Assembly (NCBI GenBank): GCA_040954595.2
Contig: CM082587.2
Location: 11,103,403 to 11,167,402 of the forward strand
Source: Balanoglossus misakiensis
Taxonomy: Eukaryota; Animalia; Hemichordata
DNA length: 64,000 nucleotides
Direction of reading: 5' to 3'
The notes beneath the pieces were generated by a model. That model saw nothing but the letters and a program-made list of their open reading frames with translations, had not been told where the DNA came from and did no database searches. Shown here one piece after another: positions 10,812 through 23,500 of this stretch. Position 1 is the stretch's first letter. Each line of letters begins with the position of its first letter. Both the position numbers and the translations under genes were made by a program.

Positions 10812-11507
10812 GTCTTGTTCTCACTAAAAGTTTCGACACCAGTGTTATGCCAGTGTTTACTCTCTGCAAACACAGGGGATTAGCCCACAGAATCTCCGTG
10901 CGTCCACACACTAAACTTTTGGCCACTGTTTTGAAATAAACACCGTCTAAATGGCCATGTTTAGCAACACGGCAACTAACAAAATTGAGGACGTCGCGGA
11001 CATTACAGCAACATGTTTCAGTTTCTATACCTGCATATGCGTTCTAGACGACTTTGTGACAGTTTTGATAATGTTTAGAAGTAAATGAATGTTAATCCAT
11101 AAATGGAAAATGCCTCAGCTTTTCGGTGATCGAGAGAACCTTCTGAAAGTTGGTAGCAGACAGGAGTGTTGCAGACCTGGCAAACTGCGAATGGTTTGAA
11201 AACCACTCGCGTCCAGTGTGATTGACTTAACAATGGAAACTGACCAAAGAAAATGGGCTATACCTAATAAACATACCCAAAAGTCACTGCAGGGAGGCGC
11301 TTTTGAACGGTGTTTGTTTATCTTTGCGTTCTCACTGACTATTTGCGTCGGAGCGCTGGCCCAGCACTGGCCCTGACCCGCCACCCATCGCCGTCGCAAA
11401 TCAACACCGGCGTAATACCGGCGTAAAGCGTTCTCACTAGTTTTTTTCCGTCGGTGTCAAATCTACACCGTTGTAGCACGGTGTGAACATGCCAGTGAGA
11501 ACGCCAC
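10812..11507. mobile_element. Possible degenerate PIF/Harbinger-like MITE
   Basis: Imperfect 14-bp TIR gtcttgttctcact / agtgagaacgccac (11/14 match), internal copies of gcgttctcact (~11327, ~11428) and related acaccRgYgt motifs. No clean TSD. Confidence 0.35.
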
Positions 11508-11595
11508 ATGAATCCATAATTTCTGGCTGTTGTGTTACGTTCATTTCTCTTCTTGCAAAGGTATAATTATGGGTCGGTGTCGTTGGGTCCGGTTC

Positions 11596-14500
11596 GGCTG
11601 AAAGCTTACTTCCTGAGACTGTTTGTGCCAATGACGGGTAAGACCGCTTATAAGGTGGTGACCTAAGACAGGCGACAGTCAGGCTTCACTTACAAAAAGT
11701 GGAAAATATAATAGCTACATTGGTAGGCTGAAAGCTTACTTCCTGAGACTGTTTGTGCCAATGACGGGTAAGACCGCTTATAAGGTGGTGACCTAAGACA
11801 GGCGACAGTCAGGCTTCACTTACAAAAAGTGGAAAATATAATAGCTACATTGGTAGGCTGAAAGCTTACTTCCTGAGACTGTTTGTGCCAATGACGGGTA
11901 AGACTGCTTATGAAGTGGTGACCTAAGACAGGCGACAGTCAGGCTTCACTTACAAAAAGTGGAAAATATAATAGCTACATTGGTAGGCTGAAAGCTTACT
12001 TCCTGAGACTGTTTGTGCAAATGACGGGTACGATCGCTTATGAAGTGGTGACCTAAGACAGGCGACAGTCAGGCTTCACTTACAAAAAGTGGAAAATATA
12101 ATAGCTACATTGGTAGGCTGAAAGCTTACTTCCTGAGACTGTTTGTGCCAATGACGGGTAAGACCTCTTATGAAGTGGTGACCTAAGACAGGCGACACTC
12201 AGGCTTCACTTACAAAAAGTGGAAAATATAATAGCTACATTGGTAGGCTGAAAGCTTACTTCCTGAGACTGTTTGTGCCAATGACGGGTAAGACCTCTTA
12301 TGAAGTGGTGACCTAAGACAGGCGACACTCAGGCTTCACTTACAAAAAGTGGAAAATATAATAGCTACATTGGTAGGCTGAAAGCTTACTTCCTGAGACT
12401 GTTTGTGCCAATGACGCGTAAGACCGCTTATGAAGTGGTGACCTAAGACAGGCGACAGTCAGGCTTCACTTACAAAAAGTGGAAAATACAATAGCTACAT
12501 TGGTAGGCTGAAAGCAAACTTCCTGAGACTGTTTGTGCCAATGACGGGTAAAACCGCTTATGAAGTGGTGACCTAAGACAGGCGACAGTCAGGCATCACT
12601 TACAAAAAGTGGAAAATATAATAGCTACATTGGTAGGCTGAAAGCTTACTTCCTGAGACTGTTTGTGCCAATGACGGGTAAGACCGCTTATGAAGTGGTG
12701 ACCAAAGACAGGCGACAGTCAGGCTTCACTTACAAAAAGTGGAAAATATAATAGCTACATTGGTAGGCTGAAAGCTTACTTCCTGAGACTGTTTGTGCCA
12801 ATGACGGGTAAGACCGCTTATGAAGTGGTGACCTAAGACAGGCGACAGTCAGGCTTCACCTACAAAAAGTGGAAAATATAAAAGCTACATTGGTAGGCTG
12901 AAAGCTTACTTCCTGAGACTGTTTGTGCCAATGACGGGTAAGACCACTTATGAAGTGGTGACCTAAGACAGGCGACAGTCAGGCTTCACTTACAAAAAGT
13001 GGAAAATATAATAGCTACATTGGTAGGCTGAAAGCTTACTTCCTGAGACTGTTTGTGCCAATGACGGGTAAGACCGCTTATGAAGTGGTGACCTAAGACA
13101 GGCGACAGTCAGGCATCACTTACAAAAAGTGGAAAATATAATAGCTACATTGGTAGGCTGAAAGCTTACTTCCTGAGACTGTTTGTGCCAATGACGGGTA
13201 AGACCGCTTATGAAGTGGTGACCAAAGACAGGCGACAGTCAGGCTTCACTTACAAAAAGTGGAAAATATAATAGCTACATTGGTAGGCTGAAAGCTTACT
13301 TCCTGAGACTGTTTGTGCCAATGACGGGTAAGACCGCTTATGAAGTGGTGACCTAAGACAGGCGACAGTCAGGCTTCACCTACAAAAAGTGGAAAATATA
13401 AAAGCTACATTGGTAGGCTGAAAGCTTACTTCCTGAGACTGTTTGTGCCAATGACGGGTAAGACCACTTATGAAGTGGTGACCTAAGACAGGCGACAGTC
13501 AGGCTTCACTTACAAAAAGTGGAAAATATAATAGCTACATTGGTAGGCTGAAAGCTTACTTCCTGAGACTGTTTGTGCCAATGACGGGTAAGACCGCTTA
13601 TGAAGTGGTGACCTAAGACAGGCGACAGTCAGGCTTCACTTACAAAAAGTGGAAAATATAATAGCTACATTGGTAGGCTGAAAGCTTACTTCCTGAGACT
13701 GTTTGTGCCAATGACGGGTAAAACCGCTTATGAAGTGGTGACCTAAGACAGGCGACAGTCAGGCTTCACTTACGAAAAGTGGAAAATATAATAGCTACAT
13801 CGGTAGGCTGAAAGCTTACTTCCTGAGACTGTTTGTGCCAATGACGGGTAAAACCGCTTATGAAGTGGTGACCTAAGACAGGCGACAGTCAGGCTTCACT
13901 TACAAAAAGTGGAAAATATAATAGCTACATTGGTAGGCTGAAAGCTTACTTTCTGAGACTGTTTGTGCCAATGACGGGTAAGACCGCTTATGAAGTGGTG
14001 ACCTAAGACAGGCGACAGTCAGGCTTCACTTTCAAAAAGTGGAAAATATAATAGCTACATTGGTAGGCTGAAAGCTTACTCCCTGAGACTGTTTGTGCCA
14101 ATGACGGGTAAGACCGCTTATGAAATGGTGACCTAAGACAGGCGACAGTCAGGCTTCACTTACAAAAAGTGGAAAATATAATAGCTACATTGGTAGGCTG
14201 AAAGCTTACTTCCTGAGACTGATTGTTCCAATGACGGGTAAGACCGCTTATGAAGTGGTGACCTAAGACAGGCGACAGTCAGGCTTCACTTACAAAACAA
14301 TAGCTACATTGGTAGGCTGAAAGCTTACTTCCTGAGACTGTTTGTGCCAATGACGGGTAAGACCGCTTATGAAGTGGTGACCTAAGACAGGCGACAGTCA
14401 GGCTTCACTTACAAAAAGTGGAAAATATAATAGCTACATTGGTAGGCTGAAAGCTTACTTCCTGAGACTGTTTGTGCCAATTACGGGTAAGACCGCTTAT

Positions 14501-17500
14501 GAAGTGGTGACCTAAGACAGGCGACAGTCAGGCTTCACTTACAAAAAGTGGAAAATATAATAGCTACATTGGTAGGCTGAAAGCTTACTTCCTGAGACTG
14601 TTTGTGCCAATGACGGTTAAGACCGCTTATGAGGTGGTGACCTAAGACAGGCGACAGTCAGGCTTCACTTACAAAAAATGGAAAATATAATAGCTACATT
14701 GGTAGGCTGAAAGCTTACTTCCTGAGACTGTTTGTGCCAATGACGGGTAAGACCGCTTATGAAGTGGTGACCTAAGACAGGCGACAGTCAGGCTTCACCT
14801 ACAAAAAGTGGAAAATATAAAAGCTACATTGGTAGGCTGAAAGCTTACTTCCTGAGACTGTTTGTGCCAATGACGGGTAAGACCACTTATGAAGTGGTGA
14901 CCTAAGACAGGCGACAGTCAGGCTTCACTTACAAAAAGTGGAAAATATAATAGCTACATTGGTAGGCTGAAAGCTTACTTCCTGAGACTGTTTGTGCCAA
15001 CGACGGGTAAGACCGCTTATGAAGTGGTGACATAAGACAGGCGACAGTCAGGCTTCAATTACAAAAAGTGGAAAATACAATAGCTACATTGGCAGGCTGA
15101 AAGCTTACTTCCTGAGACTGTTTGTGCCAATGACGGGTAAGACCGCTTATGAAGTGGTGACCTAAGACAGGCGACAGTCAGGCTTCACTTATAAAAAGTG
15201 GAAAATACAATAGCTACAATGGCAGGCTGAAAGCTTACTTCCTGAGACTGTTTGTGCCAATGACGGGTAAGACCGCTTATGAAGTGGTGACCTAAGACAG
15301 GCGACAGTCAGGCTTCACTTTCAAAAAGTGGAAAATATAATAGCTACATTGGTAGGCTGAAAGCTTACTCCCTGAGACTGTTTGTGCCAATGACGGGTAA
15401 GACCGCTTATGAAATGGTGACCTAAGACAGGCGACAGTCAGGCTTCACTTACAAAAAGTGGAAAATATAATAGCTACATTGGTAGGCTGAAAGCTTACTT
15501 CCTGAGACTGATTGTTCCAATGACGGGTAAGACCGCTTATGAAGTGGTGACCTAAGACAGGCGACAGTCAGGCTTCACTTACAAAACAATAGCTACATTG
15601 GTAGGCTGAAAGCTTACTTCCTGAGACTGTTTGTGCCAATGACGGGTAAGACCGCTTATGAAGTGGTGACCTAAGACAGGCGACAGTCAGGCTTCACTTA
15701 CAAAAAGTGGAAAATATAATAGCTACATTGGTAGGCTGAAAGCTTACTTCCTGAGACTGTTTGTGCCAATTACGGGTAAGACCGCTTATGAAATGGTGAC
15801 CTAAGACAGGCGACAGTCAGGCTTCACTTACAAAAAGTGGAAAATATAATAGCTACATTGGTAGGCTGAAAGCTTACTTCCTGAGACTGTTTGTGCCAAT
15901 GACGGTTAAGACCGCTTATGAGGTGGTGACCTAAGACAGGCGACAGTCAGGCTTCACTTACAAAAAATGGAAAATATAATAGCTACATTGGTAGGCTGAA
16001 AGCTTACTTCCTGAGACTGTTTGTGCCAATGACGGGTAAGACCGCTTATGAAGTGGTGACCTAAGACAGGCGACAGTCAGGCTTCACCTACAAAAAGTGG
16101 AAAATATAAAAGCTACATTGGTAGGCTGAAAGCTTACTTCCTGAGACTGTTTGTGCCAATGACGGGTAAGACCGCTTATGAAGTGGTGACCTAAGACAGG
16201 CGACAGTCAGGCTTCACCTACAAAAAGTGGAAAATATAAAAGCTACATTGGTAGGCTGAAAGCTTACTTCCTGAGACTGTTTGTGCCAATGACGGGTAAG
16301 ACCACTTATGAAGTGGTGACCTAAGACAGGCGACAGTCAGGCTTCACTTACAAAAAGTGGAAAATATAATAGCTACATTGGTAGGCTGAAAGCTTACTTC
16401 CTGAGACTGTTTGTGCCAATGACGGATAAGACCGCTTATGAAGTGGTGACATAAGACAGGCGACAGTCAGGCTTCAATTACAAAAAGTGGAAAATACAAT
16501 AGCTACATTGGCAGGCTGAAAGCTTACTTCCTGAGACTGTTTGTGCCAATGACGGGTAAGACCGCTTATGAAGTGGTGACCTAAGACAGGCGACAGTCAG
16601 GCTTCACTTATAAAAAGTGGAAAATACAATAGCTACATTGGCAGGCTGAAAGCTTACTTCCTGAGACTGTTTGTGCCAATGACGGGTAAGACCGCTTATG
16701 AAGTGGTGACCTAAGACAGGCGACAGTCAGGCTTCATTTACAAAAAGTGGAAAATATAATAGCTACATTGGTAGGCTGAAAGCTTACTTCCTGAGACTGT
16801 TTGTGCCAATGACGGGTAAGACCGCTTATGAAGTGGAGACCTAAGACAGGCGACAGTCAGGCTTCACTTACAAAAAGTGGAAAATATAATAGCTACATTG
16901 GTAGGCTGAAAGCTTACTTCCTGAGACTGTTTGTGCCAATAACGGGTAAGACCGCTTATGAAGTGGTGACCTAAGACAGGCGACAGTCAGGCTTCACTTA
17001 CAAAAAGTGGGAAATACAATAGCTACATTGGCAGGCTGAAAGCTTACTTCCTGAGACTGTTTGTGCCAATGACGGGTAAGACCGCTTATGAAGTGGTGAC
17101 CTAAGACAGGCGACAGTCAGACTTCACATACAAAAAGTGGAAAATACAATAGCTACATTGGCAGGCTGAAAGCTTACTCCCTGAGACTGTTTGTGCCAAT
17201 GACGGGTAAGACCGCTTATGAAGTGGTGACCTAAGACAGGCGACAGTCAGGCTTCACTTACAAAAAGTGGAAAATACAATAGCTTCATTGGTAGGCTGAA
17301 AGCTTACTTCCTGAGACTGTTTGTGCCAATGACGGGTAAGACCGCTTATGTAGTGGTGACCTAAGACAGGCGACAGTCAGGCTTCACTTACAAAAAGTGG
17401 AAAATACAATAGCTTCATTGGTAGGCTGAAAGCTTACTTCCTGAGACTGTTTGTGCCAATGACGGGTAAGACCGCTTATGAAGTGGTGACCTAAGACAGG

Positions 17501-20500
17501 CGACAGTCAGGCTTCACTTACAAAAAGTGGAAAATATAATAGCTACATTGGTAGGCTGAAAGCTTACTTCCTGAGACTGTTTGTGCCAATGACAGGTAAG
17601 ACCGCTTATGAAGTGGTGACCTAAGACAGGCGACAGTCAGGCTTCACTTACAAAAAGTGGAAAATACAATAGCTACATTGGCAGGCTGAAAGCTTACTTC
17701 CTGAGACTGTTTGTGCCAATGACGGGTAAGACCGCTTATGAAGTGGTGACCTAAGACAGGCGACAGTCAGGCTTCACTTACAAAAAGTGGAAAATACAAT
17801 AGCTAAATTGGCAGGCTGAAAGCTTACTTCCTGAGACTGTTTGTGCCAATGACGGGTAAGACCGCTTATGAAGTGGTGACCTAAGACAGGCGACAGTCAG
17901 GCTTCACTTACAAAAAGTGGAAAATACAATAGCTACATTGGCAGGCTGAAAGCTTACTCCCTGAGACTGTTTGTGCCAATGACGGGTAAGACCGCTTATG
18001 AAGTGGTGACCTAAGACAGGCGACAGTCAGGCTTCACTTACAAAAAGTGGAAAATACAATAGCTTCATTGGTAGGCTGAAAGCTTACTTCCTGAGACTGT
18101 TTGTGCCAATGACGGGTAAGACCGCTTATGAAGTGGTGACCTAAGACAGGCGACAGTCAGGCTTCACTTACAAAAAGTGGAAAATACAATAGCTACATTG
18201 GCAGGCTGAAAGCTTACTCCCTGAGACTGTTTGTGCCAATGACGGGTAAGACCGCTTATGAAGTGGTGACCTAAGACAGGCGACAGTCAGGCTTCACTTA
18301 CAAAAAGTGGAAAATACAATAGCTTCATTGGTAGGCTGAAAGCTTACTTCCTGAGACTGTTTGTGCCAATGACGGGTAAGACCGCTTATGTAGTGGTGAC
18401 CTAAGACATGCGACAGTCAGGCTTCACTTACAAAAAGTGGAAAATACAATAGCTTCATTGGTAGGCTGAAAGCTTACTTCCTGAGACTGTTTGTGCCAAT
18501 GACGGGTAAGACCGCTTATGAAGTGGTGACCTAAGACAGCCGACAGTCAGGCTTCACTTACAAAAAGTGGAAAATACAAAAGCTACATTGGTAGGCTGAA
18601 AGCTTACTTCCTGAGACTGTTTGTGCCAATGACGGGTAAGAACGCTTATGAAGTGGTGACCTAAGACAGGCGGCAGTCAGGCTTCACTTACAAAAAGTGG
18701 AAAATATAATAGCTACATTGGTAGGCTTAAAGCTTACTTCCTGAGACTGTTTGTGCCAATGACGGGTAAGACCGCTTATGAAGTGGTGACCTAAGACAGG
18801 CGACACTCAGGCTTCACTTACAAAAAGTGGAAAATATAATAGCTACATTGGTAGGCTGAAAGCTTACTTCCTGAGACTGTTTGTGCCAATGACGGGTAAG
18901 ACCGCTTATGAAGTGGTGACCTAAGACAGGCGACACGCAGGCTTCACTTACAAAAAGTGGAAAATATAATAGCTACATTGGTAGGCTGAAAGCTTACTTC
19001 CTGAGACTGTTTGTGCCAATGACGGGTAAGACCGCTTATGAAGTGGTGACCTAAGACAGGCGACAGTCAGGCTTCACTTACAAAAAGTGGAAAATACAAA
19101 AGCTACATTGGTAGGCTGAAAGCTTACTTCCTGAGACTGTTTGTGCCAATGACGGGTAAGAACGCTTATGAAGTGGTGACCTAAGACAGGCGACAGTCAG
19201 GCTTCACTTACAAAAAGTGGAAAATATAATAGCTACATTGGTAGGCTGAAAGCTTGCTTCCTGAGACTGTTTGTGCCAATGACGGGTAAGACCGATTATG
19301 AAGTGGTGACCTAAGACAGGCGACAGTCAGGCTTCACTTACAAAAAGTGGAAAATATAATAGCTACATTGGTAGGCTGAAAGCTTACTTCCTGAGACTGT
19401 TTGTGCCAATGACGGGTAAGACCTCTTATGAAGTGGTGACCTAAGACAGGCGACAGTCAGGCTTCACTTACAAAAAGTGGAAAATAAAATAGCTACATTG
19501 GTAGGCTGAAAGCTTACTTCCTGAGACTGTTTGTGCCAATCACGGGTAAGACCGCTTATGAAGTGGTGACCTAAGACAGGCGACAGTCAGGCTTCACTTA
19601 CAAAAAGTGGAAAATATAATAGCTACATTAGTAGGCTGAAAGCTAACTTCCTGAGACTGTTTGTGCCAATGACGGGTAAGACCGCTTATGAAGTGGTGAC
19701 CTAAGACAGGCGACAGTCAGGCTTCACTTACAAAAAGTTGAAAATATAATAGCTACATTGGTAGGCTGAAAGCTTACTTCCTGAGACTGTTTGTGCCAAT
19801 GACGGGTAAGACCGCTTATGAAATGGTGACCTAAGAAAGGTGACAGTCAGGCTTCACTTACAAAAAGTGGAAAATATAATAGCTACATTGGTAGGCTGAA
19901 AGCTTACTTCCTGAGACTGTTTGTGGCAATGACGGGTAAGACCTCTTATGAAGTGGTGACCTAAGACAGGCGACACTCAGGCTTCACTTACAAAAAGTGG
20001 AAAATATAATAGCTACATTGGTAGGCAGAAAGCTTACTTCCTGAGACTGTTTGTGCCAATGACGGGTAAGACCGCTTATGAAGTGGTGACCTAAGACAGG
20101 CGACAGTCAGGCTTCACTTACAAAAAGTGGAAAATGCAATAGCTACATTGGTAGGCTGAAAGCTTACTTCCTGAGACTGTTTGTGCCAATGACGGGTAAG
20201 ACCGCTTATGAAGTGGTGACCTAAGACAGGCGACAGTCAGGCTTCACTTACAAAAAGTTGAAAATATAATAGCTACATTGGTAGGCTGAAAGCTTACTTC
20301 CTGAGACTGTTTGTGCCAATGACGGGTAAGACCGCTTATGAAATGGTGACCTAAGAAAGGCGACAGTCAGGCTTCACTTACAAAAAGTGGAAAATATAAT
20401 AGCTACATTGGTAGGCTGAAAGCTTACTTCCTGAGACTGTTTGTGGCAATGACGGGTAAGACCTCTTATGAAGTGGTGACCTAAGACAGGCGACACTCAG

Positions 20501-23500
20501 GCTTCACTTACAAAAAGTGGAAAATATAATAGCTACATTGGTAGGCTGAAAGCTTACTTCCTGAGACTGTTTGTGCCAATGACGGGTAAGACCGTTTATG
20601 AAGTGGTGACCTAAGACAGGCGACACTCAGGCTTCACTTACAAAAAGTGGAAAATATAATAGCTACATTGGTAGGGTGAAAGCTTACTTCCTGAGACTGT
20701 TTGTGCCAATGACGGGTAAGACCTCTTATGAAGTGGTGACCAAAGACAGGCGACACTCAGGCTTCACTTACAAAAAGTGGAAAATATAATAGCTACATTG
20801 GTAGGCTGAAAGCTTACTTCCTGAGACTGTTTGTGCCAATGACGGGTAAGACCGCTTATGAAGTGGTGACCTAAGAAAGGCGACAGTCAGGCTTCACTTA
20901 CAAAAAGTGGAAAATATAATAGCTACATTGGTAGGCTGAAAGCTTACTTCCTGAGACTGTTTGTGCCAATGACGGGTATGACCTCTTATGAAGTGGTGAC
21001 CTAAGACAGGCGACACTCAGGCTTCACTTACAAAAAGTGGAAAATATAATAGCTACATTGGTAGGCTGAAAGCTTACTTCCTGAGACTGTTTGTACCAAT
21101 GACGGGTAATACCGTTTATGAAGTGGTGACCTAAGACAGGCGACACTCAGGCTTCACTTACAAAAAGTGGAAAATATAATAGCTACATTGGTAGGGTGAA
21201 AGCTTACTTCCTGAGACTGTTTGTGCCAATGACGGGTAAGACCTCTTATGAAGTGGTGACCTAAGACAGGCGACACTCAGGCTTCACTTACAAAAAGTGG
21301 AAAATATAATAGCTACATTGGTAGGCTGAAAGCTTACTTCCTGAGACTGTTTGTGCCAATGACGGGTAAGACCGCTTATGAAGTGGTGACCTAAGAAAGG
21401 CGACAGTCAGGCTTCACTTACAAAAAGTGGAAAATATAATAGCTACATTGGTAGGCTGAAAGCTTACTTCCTGAGACTGTTTGTGCCAATGACGGGTATG
21501 ACCTCTTATGAAGTGGTGACCTAAGACAGGCGACACTCAGGCTTCACTTACAAAAAGTGGAAAATATAATAGCTACATTGGTAGGCTGAAAGCTTACTTC
21601 CTGAGACTGTTTGTACCAATGACGGGTAATACCGTTTATGAAGTGGTGACCTAAGACAGGCGACAGTCACGCTTCACTTACAAAAAGTGGAAAATATAAT
21701 AGCTACATTGGTAGGCTGAAAGCTTGCTTCCTGAGACTGTTTGTGCCAATGACGGGTAAGACCGCTTATGAAGTGGTGACCTAAGACAGGCGACAGTCAG
21801 GCTTCACTTACAAAAAGTGGAAAATATAATAGCTACATTGGTAAGCTGAAAGCTTACTTCCTGAGACTGTTTGTGCCAATGACGGGTAAGACCTCTTCTG
21901 AAGTGGTGACCTAAGACAGGCGACAGTCAGGCTTCACTTACAAAAAGTGGAAAATATAATAGCTACATTGGTAGGCTGAAAGCTTACTTCCTGAGACTGT
22001 TTGTGCCAATGACGGGTAAGACCGCTTATGAAGTGGTGACCTAAGACAGGCGACAGTCAGGCTTCACTTACAAAAAGTGGAAAATATAATAGCTACATTG
22101 GTAGGCTGAAAGCTAACTTCCTGAGACTGTTTGTGCCAATGACGGGTAAGACCGCTTATGAAGTGGTGACCTAAGACAGGCGACAGTCAGGCTTCACTTA
22201 CAAAAAGTTGAAAATATAATAGCTACATTGGTAGGCTGAAAGCTTACTTCCTGAGACTGTTTGTGCCAATGACGGGTAAGACCGCTTATGAAATGGTGAC
22301 CTAAGAAAGGCGACAGTCAGGCTTCACTTACAAAAAGTGGAAAATATAATAGCTACATTGGTAGGCTGAAAGCTTACTTCCTGAGACTGTTTGTGGCAAT
22401 GACGGGTAAGACCTCTTATGAAGTGGTGACCTAAGACAGGCGACACTCAGGCTTCACTTACAAAAAGTGGAAAATATAATAGCTACATTGGTAGGCTGAA
22501 AGCTTACTTCCTGAGACTGTTTGTGCCAATGACGGGTAAGACCGTTTATGAAGTGGTGACCTAAGACAGGCGACACTCAGGCTTCACTTACAAAAAGTGG
22601 AAAATATAATAGCTACATTGGTAGGCTGAAAGCTTACTTCCTGAGACTGTTTGTGCCAATGACGGGTAAGACCTCTTATGAAGTGGTGACCTAAGACAGG
22701 CGACACTCAGGCTTCACTTACAAAAAGTGGAAAATATAATAGCTACATTGGTAGGCTGAAAGCTTACTTCCTGAGACTGTTTGTGCCAATGACGGGTAAG
22801 TCCGCTTATGAAGTGGTGACCTAAGACAGGCGACACGCAGGCTTCACTTACAAAAAGTGGAAAATATAATAGCTACATTGGTAGGCTGAAAGCTTACTTC
22901 CTGAGACTGTTTGTGCCAATGATGGGTATGACCTCTTATGAAGTGGTGACCTAAGACAGGCGACACTCAGGCTTCACTTACAAAAAGTGGAAAATATAAT
23001 AGCTACATTGGTAGGCTGAAAGCTTACTTCCTGAGACTGTTTGTACCAATGACGGGTAATACCGTTTATGAAGTGGTGACCTAAGACAGGCGACAGTCAC
23101 GCTTCACTTACAAAAAGTGGAAAATATAATAGCTACATTGGTAGGCTGAAAGCTTACTTCCTGAGACTGTTTGTGCCAATGACGGGTAAGACCTCTTATG
23201 AAGTGGTGACCTAAGACACGCGACAGTCAGGCTTCACTTACAAAAAGTGGAAAATATAATAGCTACATTGGTAGGCTGAAAGCTTACTTCCTGAGACTGT
23301 TTGTGCCAATGACGGGTATGACCTCTTATGAAGTGGTGACCTAAGACAGGCGACACTCAGGCTTCACTTACAAAAAGTGGAAAATATAATAGCTACATTG
23401 GTAGGCTGAAAGCTTACTTCCTGAGACTGTTTGTACCAATGACGGGTAATACCGTTTATGAAGTGGTGACCTAAGACAGGCGACAGTCACGCTTCACTTA

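Noticed and set aside
11624-11672. SECIS element or CENP-B box
   Set aside because: AUGA is followed by far too short a helix for a SECIS, and only 6 of the 9 essential CENP-B positions match.
11596-11725. 5S rRNA, tRNA, snRNA or SL RNA tandem genes
   Set aside because: No recognisable 5S, tRNA or U-snRNA sequence and no spacer. A GGTAAG donor-like motif is present but there is no Sm site on the same strand.
11596-11725. Hammerhead or twister ribozyme in the monomer
   Set aside because: No CUGANGA core on either strand. The resemblance to twister (GCCAAUG, AAAAGUGGA) lacks the UAA cleavage loop and pseudoknot partners.
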